Translations under genes and position numbers: made by a program
Assembly: GCA_038065295.1 (NCBI GenBank)
Contig: JBBTRG010000007.1
Coordinates: 1 to 59,528, forward strand
Source: Patescibacteria group bacterium
GTDB lineage: Bacteria; Patescibacteriota; Minisyncoccia; JACROR01
Direction: 5' to 3'
DNA: 59,528 nucleotides
Shown here: piece by piece, positions 1 to 9,477 of the stretch
Layout: the number at the start of each line of letters is the position of its first letter
How positions within the stretch are numbered: position 1 is the first letter of the stretch
Notes under the pieces: model-generated
The model's database searches: none
The model's input: the letters and a program-made list of their open reading frames with translations, nothing else
What the model was told of the DNA's origin: nothing

Positions 1-585
1 GGGCCGCGCTCCGTCCAAAGAACGCACCAAATCTATTTCTTTTTGCAAAAACGAAACATCAAGACCGGGGCATTCGCCGAACAAAAGAAACGGCTCGTTT
101 TCCACTTGCCAGGCGCTGATATTTGCCTCGTTTTTGTACCGTCCCACCACCTCCGAAAGCAATCGCAAAATTTTTTCCTGCCGGGCGCTTTCATCCAAAA
201 CTCTCGCCCATTCCGGCGCGTGGCATTCCGGCCAACGCGGGACTCTCCTGCCTATCACCAAAACAAGCTCTACGCCGCGGCGCTTGGCTTCGCCAATCAT
301 CCAATCATAATCGCCCCAGGCGTATCGGCCATTTTCCGGCTCCACATCGGTCCAATAAACCGGCAAACGAAGCAATTTGGGATGTAAATCATCCAAAATA
401 GCCAGGTAAGTCTCCCGCCAATCAAGCCCCAAAGATTCACTCCACGGACGGGAAAAAGCCACACCCCATAAAATATCCTGAGAAAATCCTTCTGGCGAAC
501 GCAATGCCAAGCTCGCCAAAAATAGGGCGCCCGAAAACAAAATAAGCGCAATCACCCATAAAATTATTTTTTTGCGCGCGCTCAT
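1..585 (-). CDS. glycoside hydrolase, TIM-barrel type (GH5/GH42-like); N-terminal part only, gene continues beyond window start
   Basis: Not in ORF track because it runs off the edge. My minus-strand translation from ATG 585-583 is MSARKKIILWVIALILFSGALFLASLAL...LPVYWTDVEPENGRYAWGDYDW...ISAWQVENEPFLLFGECPG and stays open to base 1. It has an N-terminal hydrophobic anchor and a VENEP acid/base-like motif. ATGA start/stop overlap with the upstream gene. Confidence 0.6.
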   Translation of the reverse strand, partial: MSARKKIILWVIALILFSGALFLASLALRSPEGFSQDILWGVAFSRPWSESLGLDWRETYLAILDDLHPKLLRLPVYWTDVEPENGRYAWGDYDWMIGEAKRRGVELVLVIGRRVPRWPECHAPEWARVLDESARQEKILRLLSEVVGRYKNEANISAWQVENEPFLLFGECPGLDVSFLQKEIDLVRSLDGARP

Positions 586-1484
586 ACCACCAATAAAGCT
601 AATCCGATGCCGGTTAACAAAATAGCGGATATCTTTTGCATGATTATGCTTCGCGTTATTTTTTCTTCAAAAAACTGCGGTATTCTCGCGGACAAAAAAA
701 TGGAAAATGCCAAAATAAAAAAATATTGCACGCCCTGAAGCGCGTTAACCAAAGTAACGCTTCCCAGATAAATCGCGTAATTTAAAATCAGAAACGCAAT
801 ACCGGCCAAAATCTTATTGGCGATAAAAAAGCCGCCTACCCGCGCGTTAAGCGTCCTGACGGAATTGAAAATAACCTCCCTGTTTGATTTCGGCACAAGT
901 AGAATAAGCGCCCCCGCAAAACTTCCCAGGCGAGTCCAAATAAACCCAGAAAGAAACGGCTGATGCGTAAAAACATATTTAACCGAAACGTAAAAGATCC
1001 CAAAAAGCAAAGCCGCCAAAACCGGCATTAAAATATTATGCCAAGCAGGTATTCCGAAAAAAGACCAGGGAGCGCGCTCCATGGAAATCAAAACTCCTCC
1101 AACAACCAAAAAAACCAAAGCGACCGTCTGCATAAAAGTAAGCTGCTCGCCCAACAACGCGTAAGATCCCAAATAAACAAAAACCGGCGTCAGTCCTCCG
1201 ACAACAGGCAAGACACGGGAGACTTCTCCGGATTTCAACGCCACAAATAAAGCCAGAAGCGCAAAAAGAAAAATGACGCCCGCTACAAGGCTCAATAAAA
1301 ATTGGGCGGTTCCCGGCCAAATCATGTCAAAAGGAAAAAGCAGCGCGGCAAACACGCTCAAAACCCCCGCGTAAAATGCGTAAACCAACGGACTGGTAAC
1401 AATGCGGCTTAGAATCAGCTTATCGCCTATAAAACTCAGCGCTCCGAAAAAATAAGCCGCAACGGCAACTAATATCCAATTCAT
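582..1484 (-). CDS. EamA/DMT-family membrane transporter
   Basis: 300 aa, about 10 hydrophobic helices in two similar halves, typical of the drug/metabolite transporter fold. Overlaps the stop of the GH1 gene by 4 nt. Confidence 0.7.
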   Translation of the reverse strand: MNWILVAVAAYFFGALSFIGDKLILSRIVTSPLVYAFYAGVLSVFAALLFPFDMIWPGTAQFLLSLVAGVIFLFALLALFVALKSGEVSRVLPVVGGLTPVFVYLGSYALLGEQLTFMQTVALVFLVVGGVLISMERAPWSFFGIPAWHNILMPVLAALLFGIFYVSVKYVFTHQPFLSGFIWTRLGSFAGALILLVPKSNREVIFNSVRTLNARVGGFFIANKILAGIAFLILNYAIYLGSVTLVNALQGVQYFFILAFSIFLSARIPQFFEEKITRSIIMQKISAILLTGIGLALLVV

Positions 1485-2734
1485 AAAAACATAAAATTAT
1501 TTCTACAGATTTCAGCGTAGACTCCCGCGCTCGAGCGAAACCTGCGCTCTTGCGTACGATAATTGACTTCCGCTAAGCCGAACCTCGGCCAAAAACCTTT
1601 ATCCCATTCAAAATTATCCAAAAGCGACCAATGAAAATATCCGCGCACATCAGCACCCTCCTTTATCGCAAACGCGACATTTTTTAACGACTCGGCCAAA
1701 AACCACGCACGCCGTGAATCCGCGACATCCGCCAAACCATTTTCGGTAATGTAAACAGGCAATCTATATTTTTTCAAATCAAGCAAGACGCGATACAGCG
1801 CTTCGGGATACAATTCCCAACCCATGTCAGAAACTTTTTTGTTTGCGTTCTTATTAAAACCGTAATTTATCCGATTATGAAAATAATGGTTGAGCCCTAT
1901 AAAATCCAGATGTCCGCTGATTTTATTTAAAAACCTGAAATTCCACCACCAGTCCGCCGCGTATTTCAAAATGCCGTTTACCCATCCGCCCGCCGATTCA
2001 AAATAAATATTATTTTTGGTTATGCCCACTTTTGCGTCCGGCTGAATACTTTTGACGGCCCGATAAGCGGCAATGTGAGCGCGAATCAGATTATTAATAA
2101 CTTTATAATAAGCAAATGGGTTTTGCTTATGCGGAGGCCGTACGCCCCTCAAATAGCCATTGAACGCGTAAATCATGGGCTCATTTAAAGTAAGCCAAAA
2201 TTTGAGACCGGTACCGGAAAATTCTTGAGCCAGCCTGCCCGCCAATCTCGCAAAATCTTGTGGCGCCGCCGAGTTTAACCACGCCCCTTTATCCCGAAAC
2301 CAGAGCGGTTGCGTCCAATGATAAATCGTCAAAAACGGTTCTAATCCCCTTGCGCGTAAGGCCGAAATAACATTACGATAATGCCCGATTTCTTTTGCGT
2401 TATATTCTCCTTCCCGCGGCTCCACCCGCGACCATTCTACGGAAAAACGGTGGGCATTGTTCCCCAGTGAACGTGCCAAATCAAAATCCTCCACATAACG
2501 ATTATAATGATCGCAAGCCGCGCCTGAAATATAATTCTCCCTCTCCAGCGGGTTGGGATGTTGTTTTAGAATGTCATCAGACCATTTTTTATTGCGGGCT
2601 TCTCCGGCCAGGCGATCGGCGTTTTTTTTCTCCCATTCGGACCAGTCATTTACATTGCCTCCCTCAACTTGGTGCGCCGATGTTGCCGCTCCCCAATAAA
2701 AACCTTGCGGAAAATTGAACCTTTTTTCATCCAT
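1481..2734 (-). CDS. GH1 beta-glucosidase
   Basis: FPQGFYWGAATSAHQVEG N-terminus, TLNEP acid/base motif and YITENG nucleophile motif. The track start at 2743 is TTG; the first in-frame ATG is at 2734. Confidence 0.9.
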   Translation of the reverse strand: MDEKRFNFPQGFYWGAATSAHQVEGGNVNDWSEWEKKNADRLAGEARNKKWSDDILKQHPNPLERENYISGAACDHYNRYVEDFDLARSLGNNAHRFSVEWSRVEPREGEYNAKEIGHYRNVISALRARGLEPFLTIYHWTQPLWFRDKGAWLNSAAPQDFARLAGRLAQEFSGTGLKFWLTLNEPMIYAFNGYLRGVRPPHKQNPFAYYKVINNLIRAHIAAYRAVKSIQPDAKVGITKNNIYFESAGGWVNGILKYAADWWWNFRFLNKISGHLDFIGLNHYFHNRINYGFNKNANKKVSDMGWELYPEALYRVLLDLKKYRLPVYITENGLADVADSRRAWFLAESLKNVAFAIKEGADVRGYFHWSLLDNFEWDKGFWPRFGLAEVNYRTQERRFRSSAGVYAEICRNNFMFL

Positions 2735-2742
2735 ATCATCCA

Positions 2743-2751
2743 ATTATATCA
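2743..2751 (-). promoter_or_regulatory. extended -10 element TGATATAAT, 8 nt upstream of the GH1 ATG
   Basis: Minus strand reads GTATGATATAATTGGATGATATG. It is a perfect TGnTATAAT with no room for a Shine-Dalgarno sequence. Confidence 0.4.
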
Positions 2752-2936
2752 TACTTATCCACAGCCCCATTTGTACGCTGAACAAAATTGATATATTCTA
2801 AGCATAGAAAGGATTTGGAAATATGCCCTACACGAGCGCCCAAACGCTTGCACAAAAAGCATAAAATTATCAACGCAATCGTCTACGGTTAGTTTTCAAA
2901 CCCTTTAAAGTTATTTTAAAATCGGCATCAACCAAC

Positions 2937-2970
2937 AAAAAGCCCCAGCCAACGCGCCGGGGTCTTTTTT
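2937..2970 (-). terminator. weak hairpin with flanking A/T runs downstream of the Zn-ribbon gene
   Basis: aaaaAGCCCC...GGGGTCtttttt: short GC stem with a T-run, about 20 nt after the stop at 2989. Confidence 0.35.
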
Positions 2971-2988
2971 ATGCGCGACACGCGCGAT

Positions 2989-3540
2989 TCATTTCAAATA
3001 TTGCATGCTGGCCACCAGCAAATCTCCCCCCTTACCCCTATGCGCCACCGGGCGAGAAAAATCTTTTTTGTATATTTCATGCAATTTTTTGGCAAGTTTC
3101 TGCGCCATCTGATTTTCCGAAGTATAGACCGTAAATTCTTTCGCGTCCGATTTTATTTCCAAAATCCGATCCAGCGGATCTTTTTCGCGTATTTTCTCGG
3201 CTAAAACACTCAAAATATGAACAATTTCTTTCTGTCTTGAAGACGGCAGACCAGAAATCCGAATCTCTCCCTCGTGTTGTTTGCGGCGCGCCATCTGGCA
3301 CGCGGGACACAACTGAAAGGCTACGCGGCGCGCCTTCTCCACATTTTTATGGCTCCGCAAATTATGGTGCCACGACTTGTTATAGTACGCCAATCCGCAA
3401 TCCGAACAAAAAACGATGTCGGTTTTCCCCGGTCCGAATTCCTCGGTTTCTCTACGAGATTCTTTAGGCCGCACGAAATATTCTCTTGGCGCGGGCTCTC
3501 TCCCCTTGCGCGCGGATTTTTGAATGGGTTTATTATTCAT
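2989..3540 (-). CDS. hypothetical zinc-ribbon protein (NMD3-like CxxC...CxxC)
   Basis: 183 aa with a basic N-terminus and CSDCG...CPACQ cysteine pairs. The family assignment is uncertain. Confidence 0.6.
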   Translation of the reverse strand: MNNKPIQKSARKGREPAPREYFVRPKESRRETEEFGPGKTDIVFCSDCGLAYYNKSWHHNLRSHKNVEKARRVAFQLCPACQMARRKQHEGEIRISGLPSSRQKEIVHILSVLAEKIREKDPLDRILEIKSDAKEFTVYTSENQMAQKLAKKLHEIYKKDFSRPVAHRGKGGDLLVASMQYLK

Positions 3541-3544
3541 AAAT

Positions 3545-4702
3545 TTATTTTACAACAATATTCCAAGTTTCGTAAACAGAAGCAACAACAATACCCAACG
3601 CGACTAGCCATTTGAAATACGGATTGAGGCGCGCTCCGCCGGAAGTCGTCATCATCTTGTCCGCCATCTCCAAAATAAAAACTCCAGAGATCCCCAATCC
3701 GGCTGCACCGATAAAACCAAGAATGTCCACCAATCCAATAATATTGCCCCAGAACAATAAAACGGGAGGCAATATGCAAGCCAACCAAGCCAAGTAAATA
3801 TTCACGCCGTAATCCGTTCTAAACAGCTCTTTAAAATCCGCGATCGTAGAAAGATAGGATGTGAACACCGCTAAAAAACCGATAATGGATCCGATAATCA
3901 AACCCTTAGTCCCCAAAAAACCGACTAAGCCGGCGAGCGCTTCTTCGCTCGTATGCATGCCGGTCACGCCCAAAACTCCCAGCGCGAAAATCAGCGAAAA
4001 AACCGCGGCAATCATCGTGCTTATAAATATAACAATCTTAAAATCGCGCAAAGACGTGCTCCGCATTATATCTCTCACTTCCGGAATAACGGAGAAACCA
4101 GTCAACGCGAAAAGCCACACGCCGTACGGCAAGAACCAATTTCCGTTGAAAGAAAAATCCCATACAAAATTATCAATATCTATCCATTGCCACGATGCCG
4201 CGACAAGATAAATTATAAAAAAAAGCAGCGGGATGGTCAGATAAAAATTAATCACTCCGATTTTTTCAAAACGCACGAGAGAAAAAATATTCGCTACTAT
4301 AAAAAATACGATGGAAAAACCAAAAACTCCCACGCCTCCAAAAATCCCGTGAAAAATATTATTCAGAAAAATTCCTCCTAAAATTCCGTACGCCAGTAAA
4401 GATCCGTAATAACCGATAAGCGTCAACACGAGCGCCAAACGGCTGGCGGAAAGCCCCAAATATTTATAAACGTAACCCGTAAAACGATGCTTGCCTTCCG
4501 TTAAAAACGCCACCTCGCCATATAATTCCTGAATAATTAAAACTAGGGCGAGCGCCACTAAAAAATGCGTTAATCCCCAAAAAATGCCGGATTGCGCCAT
4601 AACAAAAGGCAAAGCAAAAATACCGGCTCCGATAATCATCCCGGTTAAAAGGCCGATGCCCTCCAGATAATAAACCCCTTTGGATAATTTAATCTCCTTC
4701 AT
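3545..4702 (-). CDS. amino-acid permease (aromatic amino acid/Trp-Tyr permease-like)
   Basis: 385 aa with about 11 TM helices. N-terminal GxIIGAGIFALP motif typical of APC-superfamily permeases. Confidence 0.65.
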   Translation of the reverse strand: MKEIKLSKGVYYLEGIGLLTGMIIGAGIFALPFVMAQSGIFWGLTHFLVALALVLIIQELYGEVAFLTEGKHRFTGYVYKYLGLSASRLALVLTLIGYYGSLLAYGILGGIFLNNIFHGIFGGVGVFGFSIVFFIVANIFSLVRFEKIGVINFYLTIPLLFFIIYLVAASWQWIDIDNFVWDFSFNGNWFLPYGVWLFALTGFSVIPEVRDIMRSTSLRDFKIVIFISTMIAAVFSLIFALGVLGVTGMHTSEEALAGLVGFLGTKGLIIGSIIGFLAVFTSYLSTIADFKELFRTDYGVNIYLAWLACILPPVLLFWGNIIGLVDILGFIGAAGLGISGVFILEMADKMMTTSGGARLNPYFKWLVALGIVVASVYETWNIVVK

Positions 4703-5144
4703 CCTCTTTGTGCTCCATAATCATCAATTTTTCCTCAACCAGCCAAAGAGCAAAAAGAATAAATATGATAAGCGCCGCGGCTGCCACCGCCACCGCGTAC
4801 ATTTGAAAACCAATGCTCATGCCCATAGCCGCGGTTGCCCAAATGCCCGCCGCGGTAGTAAGCCCCTTTACTTGCCCTCCTTGCAAAAAAATAAGCCCCG
4901 CGCCTAAAAAGCCGACACCAACCACAATTTGCGAAGCAATGCGCGAAGGATCAAGCCCTAACATGCCAAAAGTTGATAATCCTTCATAAGACAACGCGGT
5001 AAACAACGCGGAACCCAGCGCGATTAACGCGTAAGTCCGCATACCCGCGGCTTTGCGCGAATATCTCCTTTCAAAACCGATAAGCGCTCCTAAAAATGCC
5101 GCCAAAGACATTTGAAAAATTATGCGCAACATTACTTGATCCAT
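4689..5144 (-). CDS. MgtC/SapB family membrane protein
   Basis: GFERRYSRKAAGMRTYALIALGSALFT signature region; 151 aa, 4-5 TM helices. Confidence 0.8.
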   Translation of the reverse strand: MDQVMLRIIFQMSLAAFLGALIGFERRYSRKAAGMRTYALIALGSALFTALSYEGLSTFGMLGLDPSRIASQIVVGVGFLGAGLIFLQGGQVKGLTTAAGIWATAAMGMSIGFQMYAVAVAAAALIIFILFALWLVEEKLMIMEHKEDEGD

Positions 5145-5158
5145 AAAATTTAGATTAA

Positions 5159-5710
5159 TTATATTTCCACTATTTTTTCTTTGCGAACCAATTCCAAAAC
5201 TTTTTCTATCAGAAGTTTGGGATCCGAATCGTAAACCACCTTGCCTTCTCCGCGATGCGATTTTTCTATTATCTCCCGCAGAATATCCGCGGTGCCGCCC
5301 GTGCCCAAAAGCACGCCTATGGGCTTGTCATCTTCAAAAGCAATGGTAAATTCATTTAACGTTCCCATTCTGCCACAACCTATAATGACGGCATCCGCCG
5401 CGCGCGTCAAAAGCAAATTGCGCCCGGAATAACCAAAGCCCGTATAAACTATCATGTCAAAATAATCCACCGGCAATTTGTACTTTTCCACGTGCTCTTT
5501 TTCCGAGCCTGCCGGAGACAAACCTATGGATATGCCGCCAGCCTCTTTCGCGCCCATGGCCGCCCAAAAAGGAATGCCAGTCGTCGCGCCCGTAACCAAA
5601 ATGGCGTTATGCCGCACAATCTCCTCTCCCAGAACCTTGGCTTGTTCCAGCGCGTCTGCCGAACAATGTCCGGTCTCGGCCGCTCCGGAAACGCAAATTT
5701 TGAATTTCAT
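5159..5710 (-). CDS. TIGR00725/LOG-like Rossmann protein
   Basis: MKFKICVSGAA...LVTGATTGIP...GTLNEF pattern of the LOG/SLOG-type fold. Start chosen at the internal ATG (MKFKI). Confidence 0.65.
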   Translation of the reverse strand: MKFKICVSGAAETGHCSADALEQAKVLGEEIVRHNAILVTGATTGIPFWAAMGAKEAGGISIGLSPAGSEKEHVEKYKLPVDYFDMIVYTGFGYSGRNLLLTRAADAVIIGCGRMGTLNEFTIAFEDDKPIGVLLGTGGTADILREIIEKSHRGEGKVVYDSDPKLLIEKVLELVRKEKIVEI

Positions 5711-5758
5711 GTGAGAATGCCTGGATGGTTTCATGATTCAATTATATCACAGGATGAT

Positions 5759-7132
5759 TTATTTTAATTCTACCGAATCTTTGTATCGCGGCACCGAGGT
5801 CTCAATACCCAAATAATCTTTAACGCGCTGCGCCATAAATAAAAGCGATTTCGGCTCGCCCTGCACCAACAAAACTTTCTTTAAAGTATCCGCGCTCCTT
5901 TCCGCGAAACGGAACAAAGCTTCGCTGTCCGGATGCGCAGAATATCCGCTGATAGGCACAATTTTGGCGCGCACCTGAATTTCTTCGCCGAACAAAGTTA
6001 CGGTTTTCGCGCCGTCCTGGAGGTGTCTGCCTAATGTTCCGGCCGCCTGGTATCCTATCAAAAGCAGGGTACTTTTAGGATCAGAAAGATAGCGACGCTC
6101 ATGATGCAAAATCCTGCCTCCGGTTGACATGCCGGATCCCGCCATCACTATTTTGGGAGGCAAAACTTCATTGATGGATTTTGATTCTTCGGTAGTCAAA
6201 GTAAAACGAAGTCCGGGAAATTTAAAAATGTCATCGCCCGACGAAATCAAATATGCCGCTTCTTTATTAAAATAATCTTCGTACTTCTTATAAACCTCGG
6301 TTGTATGAATAGCAAGCGGGCTATCCACAAAAACCGGAACTTGCGGTATGCGGCCATTTTCCACCAAACCGTTTAATTCAAACAAAAGTTCCTGCGTGCG
6401 CTCCAGCGAAAACGCCGGAATCATCAAAGTCCCGCCGGCCTTCATCGCGTCTTCTATGGTGCGCTCCAACTTTAATTTGCGCTCTTCCTTGGTTTCATGC
6501 AGGCGGTCTCCGTAGAGCGACTCCATCACTAAATAATCCGCGTCGCGCACCTCGTAAGTCGGGCGTAGAAGCGGTGTTGGGGAATTCCCCAAATCTCCCG
6601 TAACATATATTTTTTTGCCGCTAGCGTGAATTTCAAACATAGTGGATCCTAAGATATGTCCGGAATCCCGCAAAATTATTTTGAAATCTCCCACCGCCAA
6701 CGCCTCATCGTAACGCCGCGTTTCCCAAATTTTTAACGCGCGCACCAAATCTTCCTGGCTGTATAAAAATTTATTCTCACCCTCCTTGCCCGCATGTTCC
6801 GCGCGTTTTTTCTCTTTCTCCATAATATTCAAAGAGTCTTTCAAATTAAGTTCCGCCAAATCCTTGGTAGGCGGCGTAGAATATATTTTGCCGCGAAAAC
6901 CGTCTTTGACCAATTTCGGAATAAGCCCCACGTGATCCAAATGCGCATGCGTTATGAAAAGCGCGTTTATCGTTGCCGGATCAAAAGGAAACGGTAGTTC
7001 ATTGCGTTTGGCGCACTCCCCCAGACACTGAAAAAGCCCGCAATCCACGAGAATTTTGGTGACGTTAGATTCAAACAAAAAACAGCTTCCTGTAACTTCC
7101 TGCGCTCCCCCATAAAATGTAAGTTTAACCAT
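5759..7132 (-). CDS. MBL-fold beta-CASP ribonuclease (RNase J/CPSF-like)
   Basis: HAHLDHVG metallo-beta-lactamase motif, a beta-CASP middle region, and a C-terminal SAH motif in GYSAHPD. Confidence 0.85.
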   Translation of the reverse strand: MVKLTFYGGAQEVTGSCFLFESNVTKILVDCGLFQCLGECAKRNELPFPFDPATINALFITHAHLDHVGLIPKLVKDGFRGKIYSTPPTKDLAELNLKDSLNIMEKEKKRAEHAGKEGENKFLYSQEDLVRALKIWETRRYDEALAVGDFKIILRDSGHILGSTMFEIHASGKKIYVTGDLGNSPTPLLRPTYEVRDADYLVMESLYGDRLHETKEERKLKLERTIEDAMKAGGTLMIPAFSLERTQELLFELNGLVENGRIPQVPVFVDSPLAIHTTEVYKKYEDYFNKEAAYLISSGDDIFKFPGLRFTLTTEESKSINEVLPPKIVMAGSGMSTGGRILHHERRYLSDPKSTLLLIGYQAAGTLGRHLQDGAKTVTLFGEEIQVRAKIVPISGYSAHPDSEALFRFAERSADTLKKVLLVQGEPKSLLFMAQRVKDYLGIETSVPRYKDSVELK

Positions 7133-7210
7133 AAAGACATTATAACAAATAACCATGCCGTTCGTGAACCGAAGATCCCGAACCCGACGAGAAATTAAAA
7201 CCCGGAAAAA

Positions 7211-8368
7211 TTATTTTATTTCTTTTATTTCAGCCGAGGATAGCGCTTTGTCCGCCAATATATTTAATTCTTCGCTCATCCGGCTTTCCACCTTTTTAAC
7301 ATCAATCAAGCGGGAACGTGTAGCGGGAGATCCGGTGGTAAAAAGACCGCAACAATCCCCATAAGGCCGGGAAGAAATATCATAAGTTCCGTAACGCACG
7401 GCCTCCGCGATAATCTCCTCTTTATCAAACCCCGCGAGCGGGCGCAAAATTGGCAAGACGGTTGCTTCGGAAACAGTCAGAATATTCTCTAGCGTTTGAG
7501 ACGCGACCTGGCTCACGGAATCCCCAGTAACCAACGCGAGCGCTTTTTCACGCCGCGCAATTTCTTCCGCGATTTTCAACATCCAGCGGCGATACATAAT
7601 GGTAAGTAGCGCGGAAGGAGCGGATTTCACAATATGCTCTTGCAAACCCAAAAATGGCACCAAATAAAGCTTAATCGGCCGAGGGCTGTAATGAAATATG
7701 ACCCCCGCTAATTTTTCCGCGTTTTCCATGGAATCCCGCGCCGTATAAGGATAAGAATGAAAATGCAGCAACACCGGCTCGCACCCGCGCTTCATCATGC
7801 GCAACACCGCCACCGGGGAATCAAATCCGGACGATAAAAGCGAAACCACTTTCCCCGCGACACCCACCGGCAAGCCTCCCGCTCCTGAAATTTTTTCACG
7901 ATACAAAAAAGCCGCGCTGGCCGCGACTTCAATGAAAACCGCCGCGTCAGGCCGCTTCAAATCAACCTTCATGCCGGTTTTTTCGCCGACATAAGCTCCG
8001 ACTTCTTTCATAAGATCCGCGGAGGTAAAAGCGTAAGTTTTTTCGGAACGCGAAGCCGTTATCCGAAAACTTGCCGGATACGGCTTTTTTAGAATATCCA
8101 ACGCGGTGGTTTTTATGGCTTCCATGTCGGCATCGGTCTTAACCGCGAAAACGAAATATTTTATGCCGAAAACTCTCCGCAAAATTTCGGCTGTAATTTT
8201 TTCATCCCCAAAATTTTCAATCAAAATCCTGCCGCTCGCACGGGAAATTTTCGTACCGGCGAGCATCGCTTCCATATTAGAAACAAGCGCCCTTTCAAAC
8301 AGGGCGCGGTTTTTTCCCTTAAGGGCGATTTCGTGATAATGGGCAACTATAACTTTTCTTTTTTCCAT
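7211..8368 (-). CDS. thiI: tRNA 4-thiouridine synthase ThiI
   Basis: THUMP-type N-terminus (HYHEIALKGKNR) and PP-loop SLLSSGFDSPVA. Start taken at MEKRKV; the longer track ORF overlaps the upstream gene. Confidence 0.85.
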   Translation of the reverse strand: MEKRKVIVAHYHEIALKGKNRALFERALVSNMEAMLAGTKISRASGRILIENFGDEKITAEILRRVFGIKYFVFAVKTDADMEAIKTTALDILKKPYPASFRITASRSEKTYAFTSADLMKEVGAYVGEKTGMKVDLKRPDAAVFIEVAASAAFLYREKISGAGGLPVGVAGKVVSLLSSGFDSPVAVLRMMKRGCEPVLLHFHSYPYTARDSMENAEKLAGVIFHYSPRPIKLYLVPFLGLQEHIVKSAPSALLTIMYRRWMLKIAEEIARREKALALVTGDSVSQVASQTLENILTVSEATVLPILRPLAGFDKEEIIAEAVRYGTYDISSRPYGDCCGLFTTGSPATRSRLIDVKKVESRMSEELNILADKALSSAEIKEIK

Positions 8369-8781
8369 AAAGAACAGAAAAACATTAAACCGGCAAAGAG
8401 CGCCCCCATCCAATCCATAAACAAATCGCCCATAGTGTCTCTGATGCCCAACTGCGCCGGCAACATGGACATTCTCTGAGCCACAAAAGTATCAAATAAA
8501 AACTCAAAAAATTCCCATTGTATGCCCACGAACAGAACGAATCCGGATGTCATTACCAATACCACATACCACGGCCATTGAGGCGCGCCCACGTAGCCTG
8601 ATTTATAAAAAAACCAGAAAAAAAACAGACCGACAGTAAGTCCGCCCAAAAAATGAAGCACAATGTCTAACCACCAAATCATAAAATATCCGGCGTTATA
8701 AACGGACCATCCATGGGTTCCTAAAACCACGGCAAGCAATATGGTTATGGCGTAAGGCAAATGCCTGAAAATAAAATTCAT
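8347..8781 (-). CDS. hypothetical 4-TM membrane protein
   Basis: 144 aa, aromatic-rich with four hydrophobic segments. No recognisable family. Confidence 0.6.
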   Translation of the reverse strand: MNFIFRHLPYAITILLAVVLGTHGWSVYNAGYFMIWWLDIVLHFLGGLTVGLFFFWFFYKSGYVGAPQWPWYVVLVMTSGFVLFVGIQWEFFEFLFDTFVAQRMSMLPAQLGIRDTMGDLFMDWMGALFAGLMFFCSLWKKEKL

Positions 8782-8802
8782 AAATTCAATTTGAACAAAA
8801 CA

Positions 8803-8921
8803 AAACCTCTCCTGGCTTACAGCTAACTTCAGGTGGGTGCCCGCAACATCAATCCGCAGACCGATGAAATATAGGGCTCCCTGACAAAGCTATTTGATCT
8901 ATAAGTCCCCAGGAGAGGTTT
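8803..8921 (-). ncRNA. unclassified structured RNA / cis-regulatory candidate
   Basis: Perfect 13-bp closing stem: aaacctctcctgg (8803-8815) pairs with ccaggagaggttt (8909-8921). Further internal pairings (CTTA/TAAG, AGCT/AGCT, TCAGG/CCTGA, GCCC/GGGC, CATC/GATG) give a rod-like fold in a 190-bp non-coding gap. On the minus strand it is followed by a U-rich tract and lies 21 nt upstream of the membrane-protein ATG. Confidence 0.4.
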
Positions 8922-8971
8922 CAACTGTATTATAGCACGGCAATACCACTCACCCAAAAACTTTTCCACAG

Positions 8972-9466
8972 TTAAGATTGGGCCACAAAGTCAGCCCTCT
9001 TTCCGTTACGCAAAATATTATCAACCAGCTCCAATTCATGCCAGATGCCGTCTATCAAGTCATAATTTCGCGCCTCCGCCAATGTAACCCACGCGTGTTC
9101 GGTCAAATCCTTGCACAACTTCACCTCTCCACTTTTGTAATCTCCCCAGTAAGAAAGAGTTACTACAGGATATCCGTCCGGCCGCATAAAAATCAAATCA
9201 CAAAGATAATGAGGATTGGCTATTTCCAAATTAACCTCTTCTTTAATTTCTTTTCTCAAAACCCACTCCACGATATTATACCAGGCATCTTTCGTGGTTT
9301 TAGGCACGTCTTTATACTCGTGAGTAACTAATTTTCCTCCGGGCACGGTCCATTTATCGGGATAGGCCTTTTCATGCGGCGCCCTTTTGGCAATCAAAAA
9401 CTTGCCATCTTTTACGATTATGCCGGTTACTACCACAAAATGCGAACGAGGATCAACTTGTTCCAT
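8972..9466 (-). CDS. NUDIX hydrolase
   Basis: Nudix box GGKL...LRKEIKEEVNLE. Start taken at MEQVDPRSHF, just after the ndk stop; the longer track ORF overlaps ndk. Confidence 0.8.
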   Translation of the reverse strand: MEQVDPRSHFVVVTGIIVKDGKFLIAKRAPHEKAYPDKWTVPGGKLVTHEYKDVPKTTKDAWYNIVEWVLRKEIKEEVNLEIANPHYLCDLIFMRPDGYPVVTLSYWGDYKSGEVKLCKDLTEHAWVTLAEARNYDLIDGIWHELELVDNILRNGKRADFVAQS

Positions 9467-9477
9467 AAAATTTTTAC

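Noticed and set aside
8803-8921. Assignment of the structured RNA to SRP (4.5S) RNA or to a TPP riboswitch. Pieces such as GGGUGCCC...GGGCU, ACCUGA, CCCGCAAC and CAAUCCGC look vaguely similar.
   Set aside because: The invariant SRP domain IV elements (GGAA tetraloop with flanking AGG/AGCA loops) and the invariant TPP CUGAGA box are absent in either orientation. It is kept only as an unclassified candidate.
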